NCBI GenBank assembly: GCA_965649765.1
Contig: OZ287757.1
Span: forward strand, 13,454,001-13,518,000
Reading direction: 5' to 3'
Length of the DNA: 64,000 bases
Origin: Bispira polyomma
Lineage: Eukaryota
In this document: positions 10,540 through 23,436 of the stretch, one piece after another
Layout: each line of letters begins with the position of its first letter
Numbering within the stretch: the first letter of the stretch is position 1
Program-made: the position numbers and the translations under genes
The notes under the pieces: generated by a model
Seen by the model: the letters and a program-made list of their open reading frames with translations, nothing else
The model's database searches: none
What the model was told of the DNA's origin: nothing

Positions 10540-12220
10540 ATCTTCACTAGTTTTAACATAATTGGCTGCTATTCTTGGCTGCTGCTGTGCTAAAAATATA
10601 TTTCTCATGTGGGATATACTCATAATATAACATCTAGTCCATCGTCTATCTTATACTGCAAAAGTAATTAAGGTACTCATGCTTACTGTCAAACAGTGCT
10701 AAAAGTACTTCAGATGTGTAGAAATTACACTATGTTGCATTTTAAAGAATAAGAATTTTTGTCACTTTCACTTGGTTTGCATGACAAATCCCAAGACAAC
10801 ATCATGTAGTGCAAAACAAGACCACTATGTTTACAAAGAAGTGGTGACGAAGAAAACATCCATTACTGTGTGATAAATATCAGACTTTAACTGAGTTAAT
10901 GTGTTGTTATACTGAAAAATTTATAACGAGAAGGCCCATATGTTGGTATTTATTTACTTACTGACTTTTTGCAGGTATTATACAAACCACCATACAACAT
11001 TATAAATTTTCTCTGTGCAAGTCTGAACTAGTTACAGGACGAACACTTAGTGTGTCTTAGAATGGGATTGTTTTTGTATTCAAAATGACAGTGATAGTCT
11101 ATCCCCAAACTAAAGATAGAAGTTCGAGGAAGATCAATTCAAGTGGTCACCTAAGCCACTGTATTTTTGTATATACCTGAATACCTTGGGCTGTGATCAA
11201 ACCTAGATCCTATGCTAGATTATCTAGGGTGGTTGACTAAATTGGACTGACCACCTTGGACTGCCTAAGTTAGAATAACTATATGGCTCTGACTTTGGCT
11301 GATATATTTGGCTTTTGGTTTGCAAACAATAATTATATCAGATACCTACCGCGCCTATAAAAAAGGACTTTATTACCTTTTGCATGTTCACTAGCTTCAA
11401 CAAAATTCATTAGAAGCTATTTTTGCTGTGCCTTAATTTCTTTGTTTATGTCAATCTATGTGTCATGTTGGATGTACTCACAATACTGCATCTAATCCAT
11501 CGTCTACCTCTTTCTTCACCAGTAATTAAGGTACTTATGCTTACTGTGAAGCTGTGCTAAAAGTGTTTGAGACGTGTAGAAATTAAATTATTTTAGATTT
11601 TAAAGGAAGACTAGTTTTCTTACTTCCACTTGTTTTGCATAACCAATACCACTGCTAATCCCAAGACAGCATCATGTAGTGCAAAACAGGACCAACATAT
11701 TTAGAAAGAAGTAGTGAAGAAGAAAACTGCCTCCATTGCAGTGTGTTAAATATCAGACTTAACTCAGATAATGTGTCATTATGCTGAATAATTTATAAAG
11801 ATCAGGCTCATGTTATTGTATTTACTTACTTACTGACCCTTTGCTGGTATTATACAAACCAAAACATTTATATTCTCTCTGAAAATCAGAACTAGTTACA
11901 AGACATACATTTAAGCTGGTATTTATGCAAATTATCCTTTTATTGACTGCCAAAGTAAAGCCATCTTGCACCAGTAGCTTTCTTCCCCCAAACTAAAAAT
12001 AGAATCTTGAGAAAAACCATTTCAAGTGGTCACATGAGCCACTGTTTTTCTGTCTGTACATGGTCGCTCGGATCAAATCTAGGTCTTCTGCTAAATTGTA
12101 TATCGTGGCTGACCATATTACATTGACCATCTTGGTCTGTACAATGTGACACTGACTTTGGTTTAAAGTTAACAATGTTTAAATGAGACATATACTTTGG
12201 CCATAAAACGTATTTCATTA
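10540..12220 (+). repeat. Local ~850 bp tandem duplication (10540-11390 / 11390-12220), single copy in X2
   Basis: Paired blocks, e.g. AATCCCAAGACA(A/G)CATCATGTAGTGCAAAACA at 10787 and 11657. Confidence 0.75.
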
Positions 12221-12490
12221 CATTTTTAATTAATTGCCCATACCATTGTTTAAATAGGCAAACAGATGAGAATTTAAAACACTTGGTTAAATGCATTTTT
12301 TCCCCAAGTAAACGTTCTGAACTGTTTCAACCAATGCATTCCAAAGTACAAAAGCTATAAATATAATTGACCTGTTGACATTAAGTCAAGGATATAGCCA
12401 TATGCACAAACATTAATGATACTGTTAAGCCCATACAAGAGAGCTATGTTTCATGATTTGCATCAGATTAGTCAAATTACACAGTTTAAT

Positions 12491-14008
12491 GTGCATAGCA
12501 AGTCCACCCCAGGGGACTGCTAGTTCAGTCCAACCTCCTTTTTCTATCACACTACCTTAATCCCTAGCGTGGCCCTGGCTTTCCAGAGCCTACTTTCACA
12601 TTCCACTACTACCTAGTTGGGCTTTGGGGTTGTTTATTTACATTTATTCTTTCCTATATATTAAACAACTGTTAATTATCTAAATAATAAATGTTTGGGG
12701 CCACCTTACCACTCTACTTTTAAACCTTTAACTTAATTCACAACTCTTTATCAAATCTTAAGGGTAATCTTAACAAAAAGTTAAGGTCACCTTAAACTCA
12801 AAATCTTACACACTTAAAAGTAGCCTCCATTGTTAAAGTTAAGGCTACCTTACTTTTTCCAAAATTTTATGGTCATCTTAAGTTGTTCACAATTTAAGGT
12901 CACCTTACTTATTCACTTAATTTCCCGGTGCCTTAATTTAAGGTCACCTTACTTATTCACTTAATTTCCCGGTGCCTTAATTTAAGGTCAGCTTATCTCA
13001 TCCACTTAAACTCTTAGTGCTAGGGTGGCCCCTATACTCAGTATATGAATAAATGTTAGAGATTAATATAGTCATTAAAACTAATATCCCCACTTTGCCT
13101 CTTTTTATTGTGTTCCAAATCAATTTCCAACTGCACTGGTAGGGAACTGTGCGGGGTAGACCCACAGGGGCTAGCTAGGTCAGTGCTGCAGTAATTTGTT
13201 AAGTCCAGGGTCTTGACCCCTAAGCTAATTGGCGAACTCTGCACTAATTGACCCCTGTCTTTCCGCCGTTTTTGTGGGGATATCACTTTCAATATTGAAG
13301 TCGAAAGGGCAACACCGGCATTTTAATTTTTTTATTTTATTTTGTTCTCACCCACTCCCCCGCAGCACCTATTGATAGAGTATTCTGTTATCACTTATTA
13401 TGCATCATGTGTATTTCTTGGTGTGTACTCTTATGTGTTGAATATTATTTGTGTAACATAACCGTGATGTCATATTAACTCTAAGTTATCTAGTTTCAGA
13501 CACAATATCGAGAATGGAAGGGCAAAGCTACTTCCTGGACAAGACATGGCTGTACAGCAAAAAGCAACACATGATTTTGTCCTTAGATCTACTCGATTTC
13601 TCGATTTTATTGTGCTATGTCTGTATGAATGTATCTGGAAACTATTGTTAATGTATATGCTAGGGGAGTAAGGTCTGACTGAGTTAAGGTCACCTTAAAC
13701 TCAAAATCTGACACACTTTAAGGTAGCCTCATTGTTAAAGTTAAGGCTACCTTACTTTTTCCAAAATTTTATGGTCACTTTAAGTTGTTCACAATTTAAG
13801 GTCACCTTACTTATTCACTTAATTTCGCGGTGCCTTAATTTAAGGTCACCTTATCTCATTCACTTAAACTGTTAGTGCCTGGGTGGCCCCTATACTCAGT
13901 AAATGAATAAATGTTACAGATTAATATAGTCATTAAGACTAATATCCCCACTTTGCCTCTTTTTTTTGTGTGTTCCAAATCAATTTCCAACTGCACTAGT
14001 AGGGCACT
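12491..14008 (+). mobile_element. Non-autonomous tyrosine-recombinase retrotransposon derivative with split-direct-repeat-like layout
   Basis: Absent from X2; YR-like C-terminal tail SVALAFQSLLSHSTTT* followed by CTAGTTGGG as in the 18.5-24 kb element; near-identical direct repeats at 12779-13148 and 13682-14008; start resembles 13149-13185. Confidence 0.6.
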
Positions 14009-16680
14009 GAGGTTCAAAATATGTACAAACTAGCACCAGGGACAAACACCAACTCATAAATATGTTCAGTGGCCCATTCTGTATGATTAAGAATTAAAGT
14101 CTTTTGACACGTTACATCTTCACTCTAGGATAACTCAAAGTGCGATCACATGCAAAATTAATACTATAAGGCTAACGTTATCTACAAAATGAAAAGGACA
14201 ATGGAAAATGCTTTTTGCTATCCTGATGTGGAGTGGGAGATTTTAATTACTGTGTCCACATCAATTATGTGGTGAATATATCGTATAAAATATTGTGCAA
14301 TTTTGCATAGACTGGACATACGACTGAAAAGAGGAATATTTAAGTTTAAAATAACTCCTATCTGTTGGCTGGCGTGACATAATATTTTTGGATGTACATG
14401 TGCTGCTGTCCTGATGTGGAGTCGTAGATCATTCCAGAGAGATATATGATGCTGATTTGCAGAAATGGCTACTGTGTAGATAGCTGCACGTTTTAAATGA
14501 TTTGTAGTCATCTTACGTCAAAGCTAGAAAGCCAACAAACAGGTAATTGCAGTAGCCAGGTCAACTACTTACCTATACATTTGCCAATTTGATTACTCTT
14601 GCATGCAATATACTTGTCATTTGTGTGATATATATTCAGGCCTGGTACAATACTAAAATAACAGGGTTTAAAGAGTCATTATTTTGTATCACGACAATTA
14701 CAATGCCAAATTGGTCAGCATAATAATGCAACAGTAGTTTCTGGATGAATAATTTAACAACTAACATATATGGAAGCAAAGACTGCACTTATTGTAGATT
14801 ATATTAAGAGACACACTTATTGTATTTTTATTTAGGCTAAACCTTTTTTGTTACAGAACTGTCCCTTGAAGTAGTATTCATAATAAAAAATGTGTGACAA
14901 ACTTATAAAGACTATGTAGAACTCCTTATATTAGAAAATAAAAACTATACTTGTTATTTCAGTAGACCTTCCATGGCTGAAGTTAAATAATACAAAAACC
15001 AATCAGATTTTACTTTACTCTGGCGAGAGATAGGAATCTATGACATGTGACCCTATTTCTGCATTGAGTCTGTTGTTTTTGAACAATACGGACCCAGGAC
15101 TTATTAAAAAGGCTAAGGTCATTGGCATATATATGTTAATAAAGGAGGATAGTCAGCCATTAGATATATCTTTTGAGGGAAGCTGCACATCTGGAGATTA
15201 TATTTAAATTAAAATTATCTAATTTCATGGTGCCTGAAATCAATTTGACACATGTTTACTATCTTCAATTCGGATTGTCATTACAGATATTAAGAATCTT
15301 GAACATTTGCAATTCAAATTCTGTTTTCTGCATACATTAAAGGAAAATTGTGACCTTGCACTTACACAAAATTATATCAAATCATAGTTTGGTGAGTGGG
15401 CAACACAGGGACATGTTGTAAAGGCCAGCCACCATTTTTCACCGAATGATAGGACCAAATTATGACAACTTCATGACACATAAACCACATAGTTAAAAAC
15501 AGCCATGACATCTATTAAACACACAGTTCCAAAGTCTCGTGACAGCAGATGTCAAAAGGCTATTCGGCAGGGAATAGCTCACAAAAGTGTTCCATAAATG
15601 TAACCATATTTTTGTTGCATCAAAAAGTAATTTAATACCTTTAATGTAGTCACAGTAGTGTGTTTGATATTTGCACAGCTAAGTGCAAGGAATGGAGTAC
15701 AGTCATTACTTTGGATTTTTGGTACTTTATTCATAAATTATTTTGATATTATAAAAGTGTGGTTGCACTAATTTCCACATGCACTCTTTTATATATGAAG
15801 AATGGAATTATTGTGATTTAGGTTAGAAGCTTAACAGAATAACTACACCAAGTTTGGCCAAATTAGGCTAAGCCATAGTTCTAAATTTTGTTAACTTTGC
15901 ATCCTCAACGAGTCTTGCATGAATTAAACTGGGACGTCTTACTCAGGACAGATCTTGGTAAACTCTGGTTTGGTGACTACGGCTTGGTTCTTTGCCTTAC
16001 ATGATGTTTAGAACTGTTTCAGTTCGCCACAAGCTGATATGATTTAAACCAAGTTGTCCCAAGTTGTGCAAACTTACCTACAATCCATCAAGAGCTTTAT
16101 CACAAGCTAACTTGGCTTTAAGCATTAAAGTTTCAATTGGGAAAGGTATGACACTCAACAAACAAAATAACATTTGTTCAGATTTATTTTTGGTTTAATA
16201 TTGCTTTCAATAACTGCATATCATTATCGCCATGGCCAGTTTATTGCATTTCAGGTTGATCAAAGTGTTCTGCACTGCAAACCTTTAAACATACATTGTA
16301 GCACTAAATTTAAATATCAAATGGAATGTGATCTAACTGTTCTTTAGCAGATAATATGCAGTGTTTTAAATTTTTGAGTCCAAGTTCAGCTTCATGTTTT
16401 TTAGAAAAAATTATGACCACAGAAAAAAGAAGAATATTGTGACAGGCAGCTTCTCTAATGGAATTCTAAATTAAGACGTTGACATTTCACATCTAAAAAA
16501 ACCCCTTAAAAGCATAAGTAAAATGTTGCAAAGTAATGAAGCTATAATGAAGCAAGTGTAAACCTCTGCAAGCCAGATTTTGTGCAAACTCGAAATCTTA
16601 TTATATTTTTAATTCCAGAAGTAATGGCTATTTTGCAAAGCCTTACCTAGCCACTCGGAATATAAAGGAGCATGACTCAA

Positions 16681-16704
16681 ATATATATATATATATATAT
16701 ATAT
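16681..16704. repeat. (AT)12 microsatellite at the X1/X2 junction
   Basis: Direct read. Confidence 0.9.
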
Positions 16705-16911
16705 TTGGGTCAGAAAAATGTGGGTCAATTTATGGCTATGTTTATACAATAAAGACTTTTGGTGTTGTTCTGTTATAAATAGTAAGTGTTGAACCCAAGA
16801 CTATGTTACTCAGTAGACCACAGTGGCAGATGATTGATGATAATGTGAATATGTGTGCCTAAAAAAAAAAATTTAAAGTGTATTTTAAAAATATGATTTT
16901 TAAATACATAG

Positions 16912-17001
16912 CTAAGGCATGCAGTCTGCATAGTGCACAGACTCTGCCTGACATATGAGTGGCCGCAGTATGGTTGTAGATGGGGGCTGGACTTCAAATG
17001 A
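16912..17001 (+). pseudogene. Duplicated copy of the SDR terminal exon (frameshifted)
   Basis: Homologous to 6140-6232 with the tacatag acceptor retained; a 2-nt and a 1-nt deletion; TGA in the ancestral frame. Confidence 0.85.
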
Positions 17002-19063
17002 ATGACACTTTTTCCTGAAGACTCTGATTCAAAAATGACTGGCATTAGTAGTCTGGTTATAGTTAGAGGTGTGATTAAAAGTTATTGACACTTGCCAGAT
17101 ATTATAGCTTTTTATGTTTCCGGCTGCTATGTTTAGACATGAATGACATTAAAGAGAATTTTGCTTTAGTTATTTTGAAGGATCCCTTTGGGCTTCGGTG
17201 ACATTAATCCCACCCCATTGATTGTTTAAAATGTGCATAAAAAAACTCATTTTTTAATCTTATAATATAATGACACTTGACTATACGTTTTGGTTGTTTT
17301 ATCTATTTGTGGTTATGAGAGTGCTACCACATTGCCCCAAAAAGTGAAACACCAATTCGTTGATCTGTCCTTATGCCTGGACCCACCCAGGCCCACGTTT
17401 CATCTTGATCACTTACACTTTGCAATACATTATTACTTCATTTTAGAGGCTGTTCTTATATAGTTAACAGTAAATTGATAAATATTTCAATACTTGTGGT
17501 TTTTAAATAATAGACATGTTAAGCCTATCATGCTGGCACAACCTTATTCCGAATCAGGCATCTCTAAATGACAGATCCCATTTGCTCACCACACAAAAAC
17601 CTGTAGCACTACAATGGTCAATTTCTGTTTGAAGTATTATGTCCCTCATTGAGCATTCACCACCAATTTTTTTACAGATGCAAATTGAAGCAAACCATCA
17701 AAACAGGACCAGTCCCTCTGTTGCTATCGTTTTACCTTACTGATGCATCAGTGACATCCACATGTGTTGCAGTAGATCATTCTGAATAGACTGAGGCTAT
17801 TTAATATTTTTGTTTAACAAATGAGTTACTAGTTTTATTGCTAATAACAAATATTTGTGCACGTAAACCTTTAAGTAAGATATAACACACAAACAAAGTT
17901 ATTTCCATGAAAGTGGTACTTTTGTATTGCAAAGTTAATTCAAACAAGCCACAAGCTATGAAGTTACCCTCTTTATTAAAATGTTATTTTTGTATTAAAC
18001 CATTATTTTAAATAACCTACAAACTATGAAGTATACGGATATGTTAATATTGTATTGAACATTTAATTCAGATCCACAAGCTATGATATTATATTCATGG
18101 ATATATTACTATTGTTTTGAACCTTTAATTCAGATGACACACAAACTTTGAAGTTATATTCATGAAAATGTTAATTTGTCTTGTCTGTCATGTATGGACA
18201 TATAAAGCACTAGCAACTTGATCGTATTTTATTAGTCAAGGTCAAGGAAAACAATTAATCTTGTGGTAGAATATGTAATTATTTTCATTGGCACAGAGAC
18301 TAAATGATTTCAGTTTACTAATTACAACTATATAACTTACAACTGCAAAAATGTTCATTAACTGATTAAGATGCTTCCAATATGTTGTTTGTTTTGCTTA
18401 ATCAAATGCACATATTTGACTATCCATACTGTATCAACCACAATTATTCAGGAATTTTACCACATACACGCCGGGGATGAGTACTGAACCTGTTATTTGT
18501 AGTTTTGAAAACTTATGCAGAAAGTGACCTTAAATTGTTTTCCATGCTCAGTCCCCCACACTCCCAAGTCAAAAATAACAAATCCATGCGAGTATATACT
18601 TTTATTATATAAAATGTATGTGTAAAAGTGTAAAATATATAGTCTAAACTACTATTTATATACATTTCAAGTACAAATTTTAATACAACTGTAAAAAGGT
18701 TACAATGCTTTAAGACTTTTAGTTGAGATCACGTACAAAATTCTTAAGTTTACAACTTTTCCAAACTTAAATATTTTGAGTTTAAGTTTGCACTTAAACT
18801 TGTTTTAGTTTATGGTGCTCTTAACTTAAGTTAAGAGTACACCTAAACCCAAATTGTAAGGTGACCCTAACTTGATGAGTCACCAAGGTGAAGTGAAACT
18901 GAACCAGTTTAAGATTACCCTAACCCGCAAAGGGGTTTATTATGACTTTAAGATATCAATATTTTAAGACCCAGTTGACCTCTTCTCTCACAACAATTGT
19001 TTTAATTTCACATTTGTTACTATATACAGTAAAACTCAAACCCAACTAGTATGAGTAGAAACA

Positions 19064-19887
19064 TTATGTAGGATTTAACAAAGTCTGGAAGGTAGTAGCC
19101 ACTTCTGTAGTATTTGTGTTTGGTTGTATATATGTTTTCACACATTCCGACGTCCAGGTGCCATGCTCCTTTATTTGCTGTATAGGCACCTGGACCTTAT
19201 ACTCCAGAGTGGCACCTGAACGCCGGAAAGCATGAAACATGAAAAAATTTGATGGATATCCCAATTTTTCATTTCATTTTGCCAAATTCTTCCTTACACT
19301 AGAGTCACTACCTGATGACAAGTAGTTATTAAACATTGAAATAAAGGGTCATTCTTTCCTGGCTTACACAATCTGAATCATTTTTTCAACACCTCATACG
19401 GGCATATTGACAAAGCTTTAAGTTTGGGGAGAGTAATTATTTGAACTTTATCTCTGTTCTGCAAAGTCCTGGACCATTTTAGTAATAGTTTTATGGTGTC
19501 TTTTTTGAAAAATACATCAACGCCAGTGAAATGACGTAAAGCGTCAAATTCTTTGACCGAATGCGGAGCCAGATTGGACAGTCTGAAGAACCAAAAAAAA
19601 CCTGTGAAGAAAATGGCTTTAAACACATCTGAATTACTTATGTAAGCACAATTCCTTAATAACTGTTGTAGTGTATCAATGTCCAATACGTTTCTTTTAA
19701 CCACAGCATGTTTTCTGTTTAATTTCAGAGACTTTATAAAGTATTTGATTTTTGGGAGGTCAAAAAGATGAAAGGGCAAGTCATATATTACACACATTGC
19801 TTTTAATGTAGATACGTAATTGGCTATCATGTGCACAGATACCTTGTTTATTACCAAATATTCTAGAAAGGACATCACATTTTTCAC
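19064..19887 (-). pseudogene. Tyrosine recombinase of the DIRS element (split by frameshift/stop)
   Basis: Catalytic motifs FFRLSNL (R), HAFRRSGAT (HxxR) and HGTWTSECVKTY (W/H, Y). Confidence 0.9.
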
Positions 19888-20031
19888 TTCTAGGGCTCTT
19901 AATAATAACCCTGTACATAAGCAGAATGCAACAAATGTTCTGAATAAACCTTGATAACAGGCCTACAAAACAAAGCATAGTAGCTTTACGTAACTAAACC
20001 TACATGCTTAGCTACTATGGTATTATTTTAT

Positions 20032-20544
20032 TTACAATATATTATCTATTTCTGTTAGTTCTATCAAAGTCTGTAACCATATACGATTGTGTACCAGTGA
20101 ATTCAACTCCATGCAATTCTCTACTGTATTTTTCCATCTGGATAGCAAGTCCGCTATCTTATTATCTTTACCCAAGACATGCACATATTGTAAATCAATA
20201 TCCACTGTGGCTGCCATATACCACACATTTCTGGCACATGCTGACAAGAATGGGTCTCTAGCTTTTTCCGACTTAAGAACGTGAACAACTGCTTGGTTGT
20301 CACACTTAATTAGTACTTTTGTTCCCTGCCAATAGTTTTTGTATGATCTCAAAGCGACTAAGATATTGACCATTTCAAGGTGAACAATACCCAAATTTTT
20401 TAAATTTAATGGGATGGGGAGGTGATACACCAATTGCTTCCATCTACCTCCCAAACCATACAAGCAGGCGTTGTTCCAATGTGTGATCTGTCCTCTTGTG
20501 GCCATACATAGATATACCATTGTATTTTGGTTGAAATTTGTCAA
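20032..20544 (-). pseudogene. DIRS/Ngaro RNase H domain
   Basis: ACLYGLGG, IVHLEMVNILVALR, IKCDNQAVV and HVLGKDNKIADLLSRW motifs. Confidence 0.88.
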
Positions 20545-20559
20545 ACCACCTTACACCTT

Positions 20560-21500
20560 AGTAATTATCTTAATAAGGACTGTAACTACCTTTTTGTACA
20601 ATAATTTTTTGTTTGGCACTGCTTTACTGTGGTTTTGATTTCCTGTAGTTTTTCTTCCGGTATTGCCACCGTGCCCTTGACAGTATCAACAAGTATCCCC
20701 AGGCATACTGCTTGTGTGCTGGGAGCTACTAACTTTTTCTGGCTGATTCTAAGACCTAACGTTTCCATGATGTCATATAGACATTCGAATGAACATTATG
20801 CGACTGTGGACGTGTCGTACCCTAAAAAATCGTCTATGTAGTTCATAACACTAAAGCCATGCTGATGCATAACGTAACGCAATGCGTCACTGATGTGTTG
20901 AAAAAACTGACTGCCATGACAACTGCCAAAGGGTAGGCACGTTTCAATGTAGATACCTTGCCAATTTAAGCCCAATAAATCATAGGATCTATTGTCAAAT
21001 GACGAAAAGCGCGACTAACGTCTAGCTTGAATATGTGTGCCCCTTTTCCTCATTTTGAAAGTTCTCTAGTAAGGTCATCAATGGTAGGAAAATTTTATTT
21101 GAACTCAGCACCTAGGTAACTGACTTTGTCTACCCCAGCATTCACTGAATATCCCTTAGGCCAACTTAAATCTATTATCACCCGTCTGTTGTCTGAATTG
21201 GGCTTATGCCTAGTCATGAATGGGGAATGATGACCATTTTCAATTGGGTTTTTTTTCAAATGGACCTATTAAGGCTTCAAATTTTTTTTTCCTTGTTTAT
21301 GGAAACACTGACATCTTTAGAATATTTATTTGGCGATTTGTGGTTGTCCACATCACTCTTTAGTTCACAATTTCTATTAAATCCCAAGGGGAACCCAAAT
21401 TTCTGTAGATGGAGCAATTGACTATCCCAATAGCCATTTAACATTTTTTTCCACTGACTTATATTTAGCTGGGAAACCACTGGTATTCTCGCCCCCATAA
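20560..21500 (-). pseudogene. DIRS/Ngaro reverse transcriptase (disrupted)
   Basis: KFGFPLGF, RRVIIDLSWPKGYSVN, KLDVSRAFRH, CLPFG and NYIDDFLG (YIDD at 20829-20840). Confidence 0.88.
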
Positions 21501-22339
21501 AATTGGGCCCCCATCTTTTTTGACCTCATTATGTCTCTTAATTGGACATTACCACACTTTCTGTTTGTTTGGTCAGAAGCCACCCCCCCCCCCCCCCCCC
21601 CCGTCTGTTTGGATATGTTTGTCCCAGGGACATGAAAAAGTATGGAGTTGATAAACTTGTCATCCATGCCATTTATATTATATAACAGTTTAGTTTCGTG
21701 CTTCGGGTTGTCATGTGAGTCATTTCTGACCCGTTGTCGATTTCTGTGGGGAGGGGAATTTCCCCTCTGTCTTTTGTCTAACTTTTAGCTGGCAGGTGTG
21801 AGCTGCTGCTCTTGCACCACTGCATTGTTTAGTTCATTACAAGTTGTCACGTCAATAAGTTTGACACATTGTGTACTACTAACAGTCTTGCTAAGTTGTC
21901 GTGTTTTGACTTCCCTACGTCTGTTTATTACTACACTGGCATAAGACATAGCAGTCACGTCATAATTAACAGCCCTGTATGTTCACATTATGTTTTCTAA
22001 TGGGCGAACCATTAGACTTTCTACCACACTCTTTTTTATGTTACTGTTGTAAAACATTTTATCACTATGTTTTTTGGTGCCCTAAACCCGTGTTGTCTTA
22101 CACGTTTTAAAACCTTTCAGACTAGTCAACTCTTTAGTATGTCTAAAATTGGCAGAATGTCCTGCCCTTGCACTCATGCTGTCACATTCAATTATTGGAC
22201 TTATACGCCCTACAGTTGTATCTACTGGGTTTTTAACTACACTAAAAACATCACCTGTGTTTTTAAACTCTTTAGCTTTTGCCTGATTCATCTCTTTATA
22301 TTTACAGCTACCCTACAGTTCAACACTCTGTGGACTGTT

Positions 22340-23436
22340 ATTCGTTATTCGTTTTTTGTTTGATTTTTCTTAGCGAACAGACAGTCTTTTTCAGGGTGGG
22401 ACAAAATAAGTCCTGTGGTCACACAGTGAGAACAGATATGTCTGTGCAACTTTCCCCCAACTTCGTGATCTTTACTATGTTTACACATTCCGTTTTAAAA
22501 AAAACTACAAAACCAAGGTTTTTTACTGCCATATACAAATTTTTTGTCCCAATTTTTTGCATTACCCATGCCACTACTTGTGTGTTTTTGAGCATAGGCT
22601 CTGCAAATTCTATCAATTCTGGTGGTGTCATGCCAAGAAAGTGTACCCGGTTCCATTTCACATAGCAAGACAGCATGAGCTGCCTTTGCGCCTTGCCATG
22701 TGAAATCAGTGGCATCTTCCATTAGGTCAGCCATGTACATTACCATTTTTTTCTCACTGTCTGACTCTTCATGATATTTTTACAAAAACCCTCTACCCAC
22801 TGAGATAAGGACTATTTGTTGTAGGTCACTCTGTTTCTAGTGACACCCCTTAGTATTGCCTCGTGAGGCCAAGCTACTTTATTCTTCACTATTACCTCAA
22901 CTGGACCCCCTCTTTTTGACTTTACTTGCATTATCAGTACCTGTATACTGACTGTCTTTCTCTAGTTCCCTTAGTCTACTGTCTACCCGACGCTGGAATG
23001 AAGTGGAGCTTTTCAATGTTGACAAACTTGGCAATACTTGTTCCTCATCTGAGGACTCACTATCACTTTTAATTGACTTTTTATTTGACACAGTTCTACT
23101 TAACTTTCCACTTGCTTCCTTTCCCTTGTGACGACTTGCGCTGGACTCCTCGACCCTGTCTTCCACTGCATTTAATCTCGCATTTACCTTCTGTAGCTGC
23201 AACAAGATCTGCCTCTGGATACTGTCCTGGTCATCGCCGCTTGCTTTCGACACCGACTTCTTGCTGCCTCGAGATTCACCCCCGTGTTTACTAACTGAAG
23301 TGTCCTTCACTACACAGGTTTCCTCCATGGTAACCTCACTATCTGTCTCAACATGTATGTCTCTATTACATTTTTTCCCCATCGGTGGAATGTGTCTGTT
23401 GCCGCATTTTTTACACAATGCTTTTGACTGTGGCAT
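22340..23436 (-). pseudogene. DIRS/Ngaro gag-like ORF1 (disrupted)
   Basis: N-terminal CKKCGNRHIPPMGKKC, coiled coil, LMEDATDFTWQGAKAAHAVLLCEME, C-terminal Cys/His knuckle WFCSFF*NGMCKHSKDH...HICSHC...HPEKDC. Confidence 0.8.

Larger units (their letters stand above)
6033..16660 (+). repeat. Segmental duplication copy X1 (paralog of 16791-33197)
   Basis: Colinear similarity, e.g. 6140/16912, 7130/17630, 8040/18495, 8880/24880, 12310/27220, 14010/27745, 16010/32430, 16440/32945. Confidence 0.88.
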
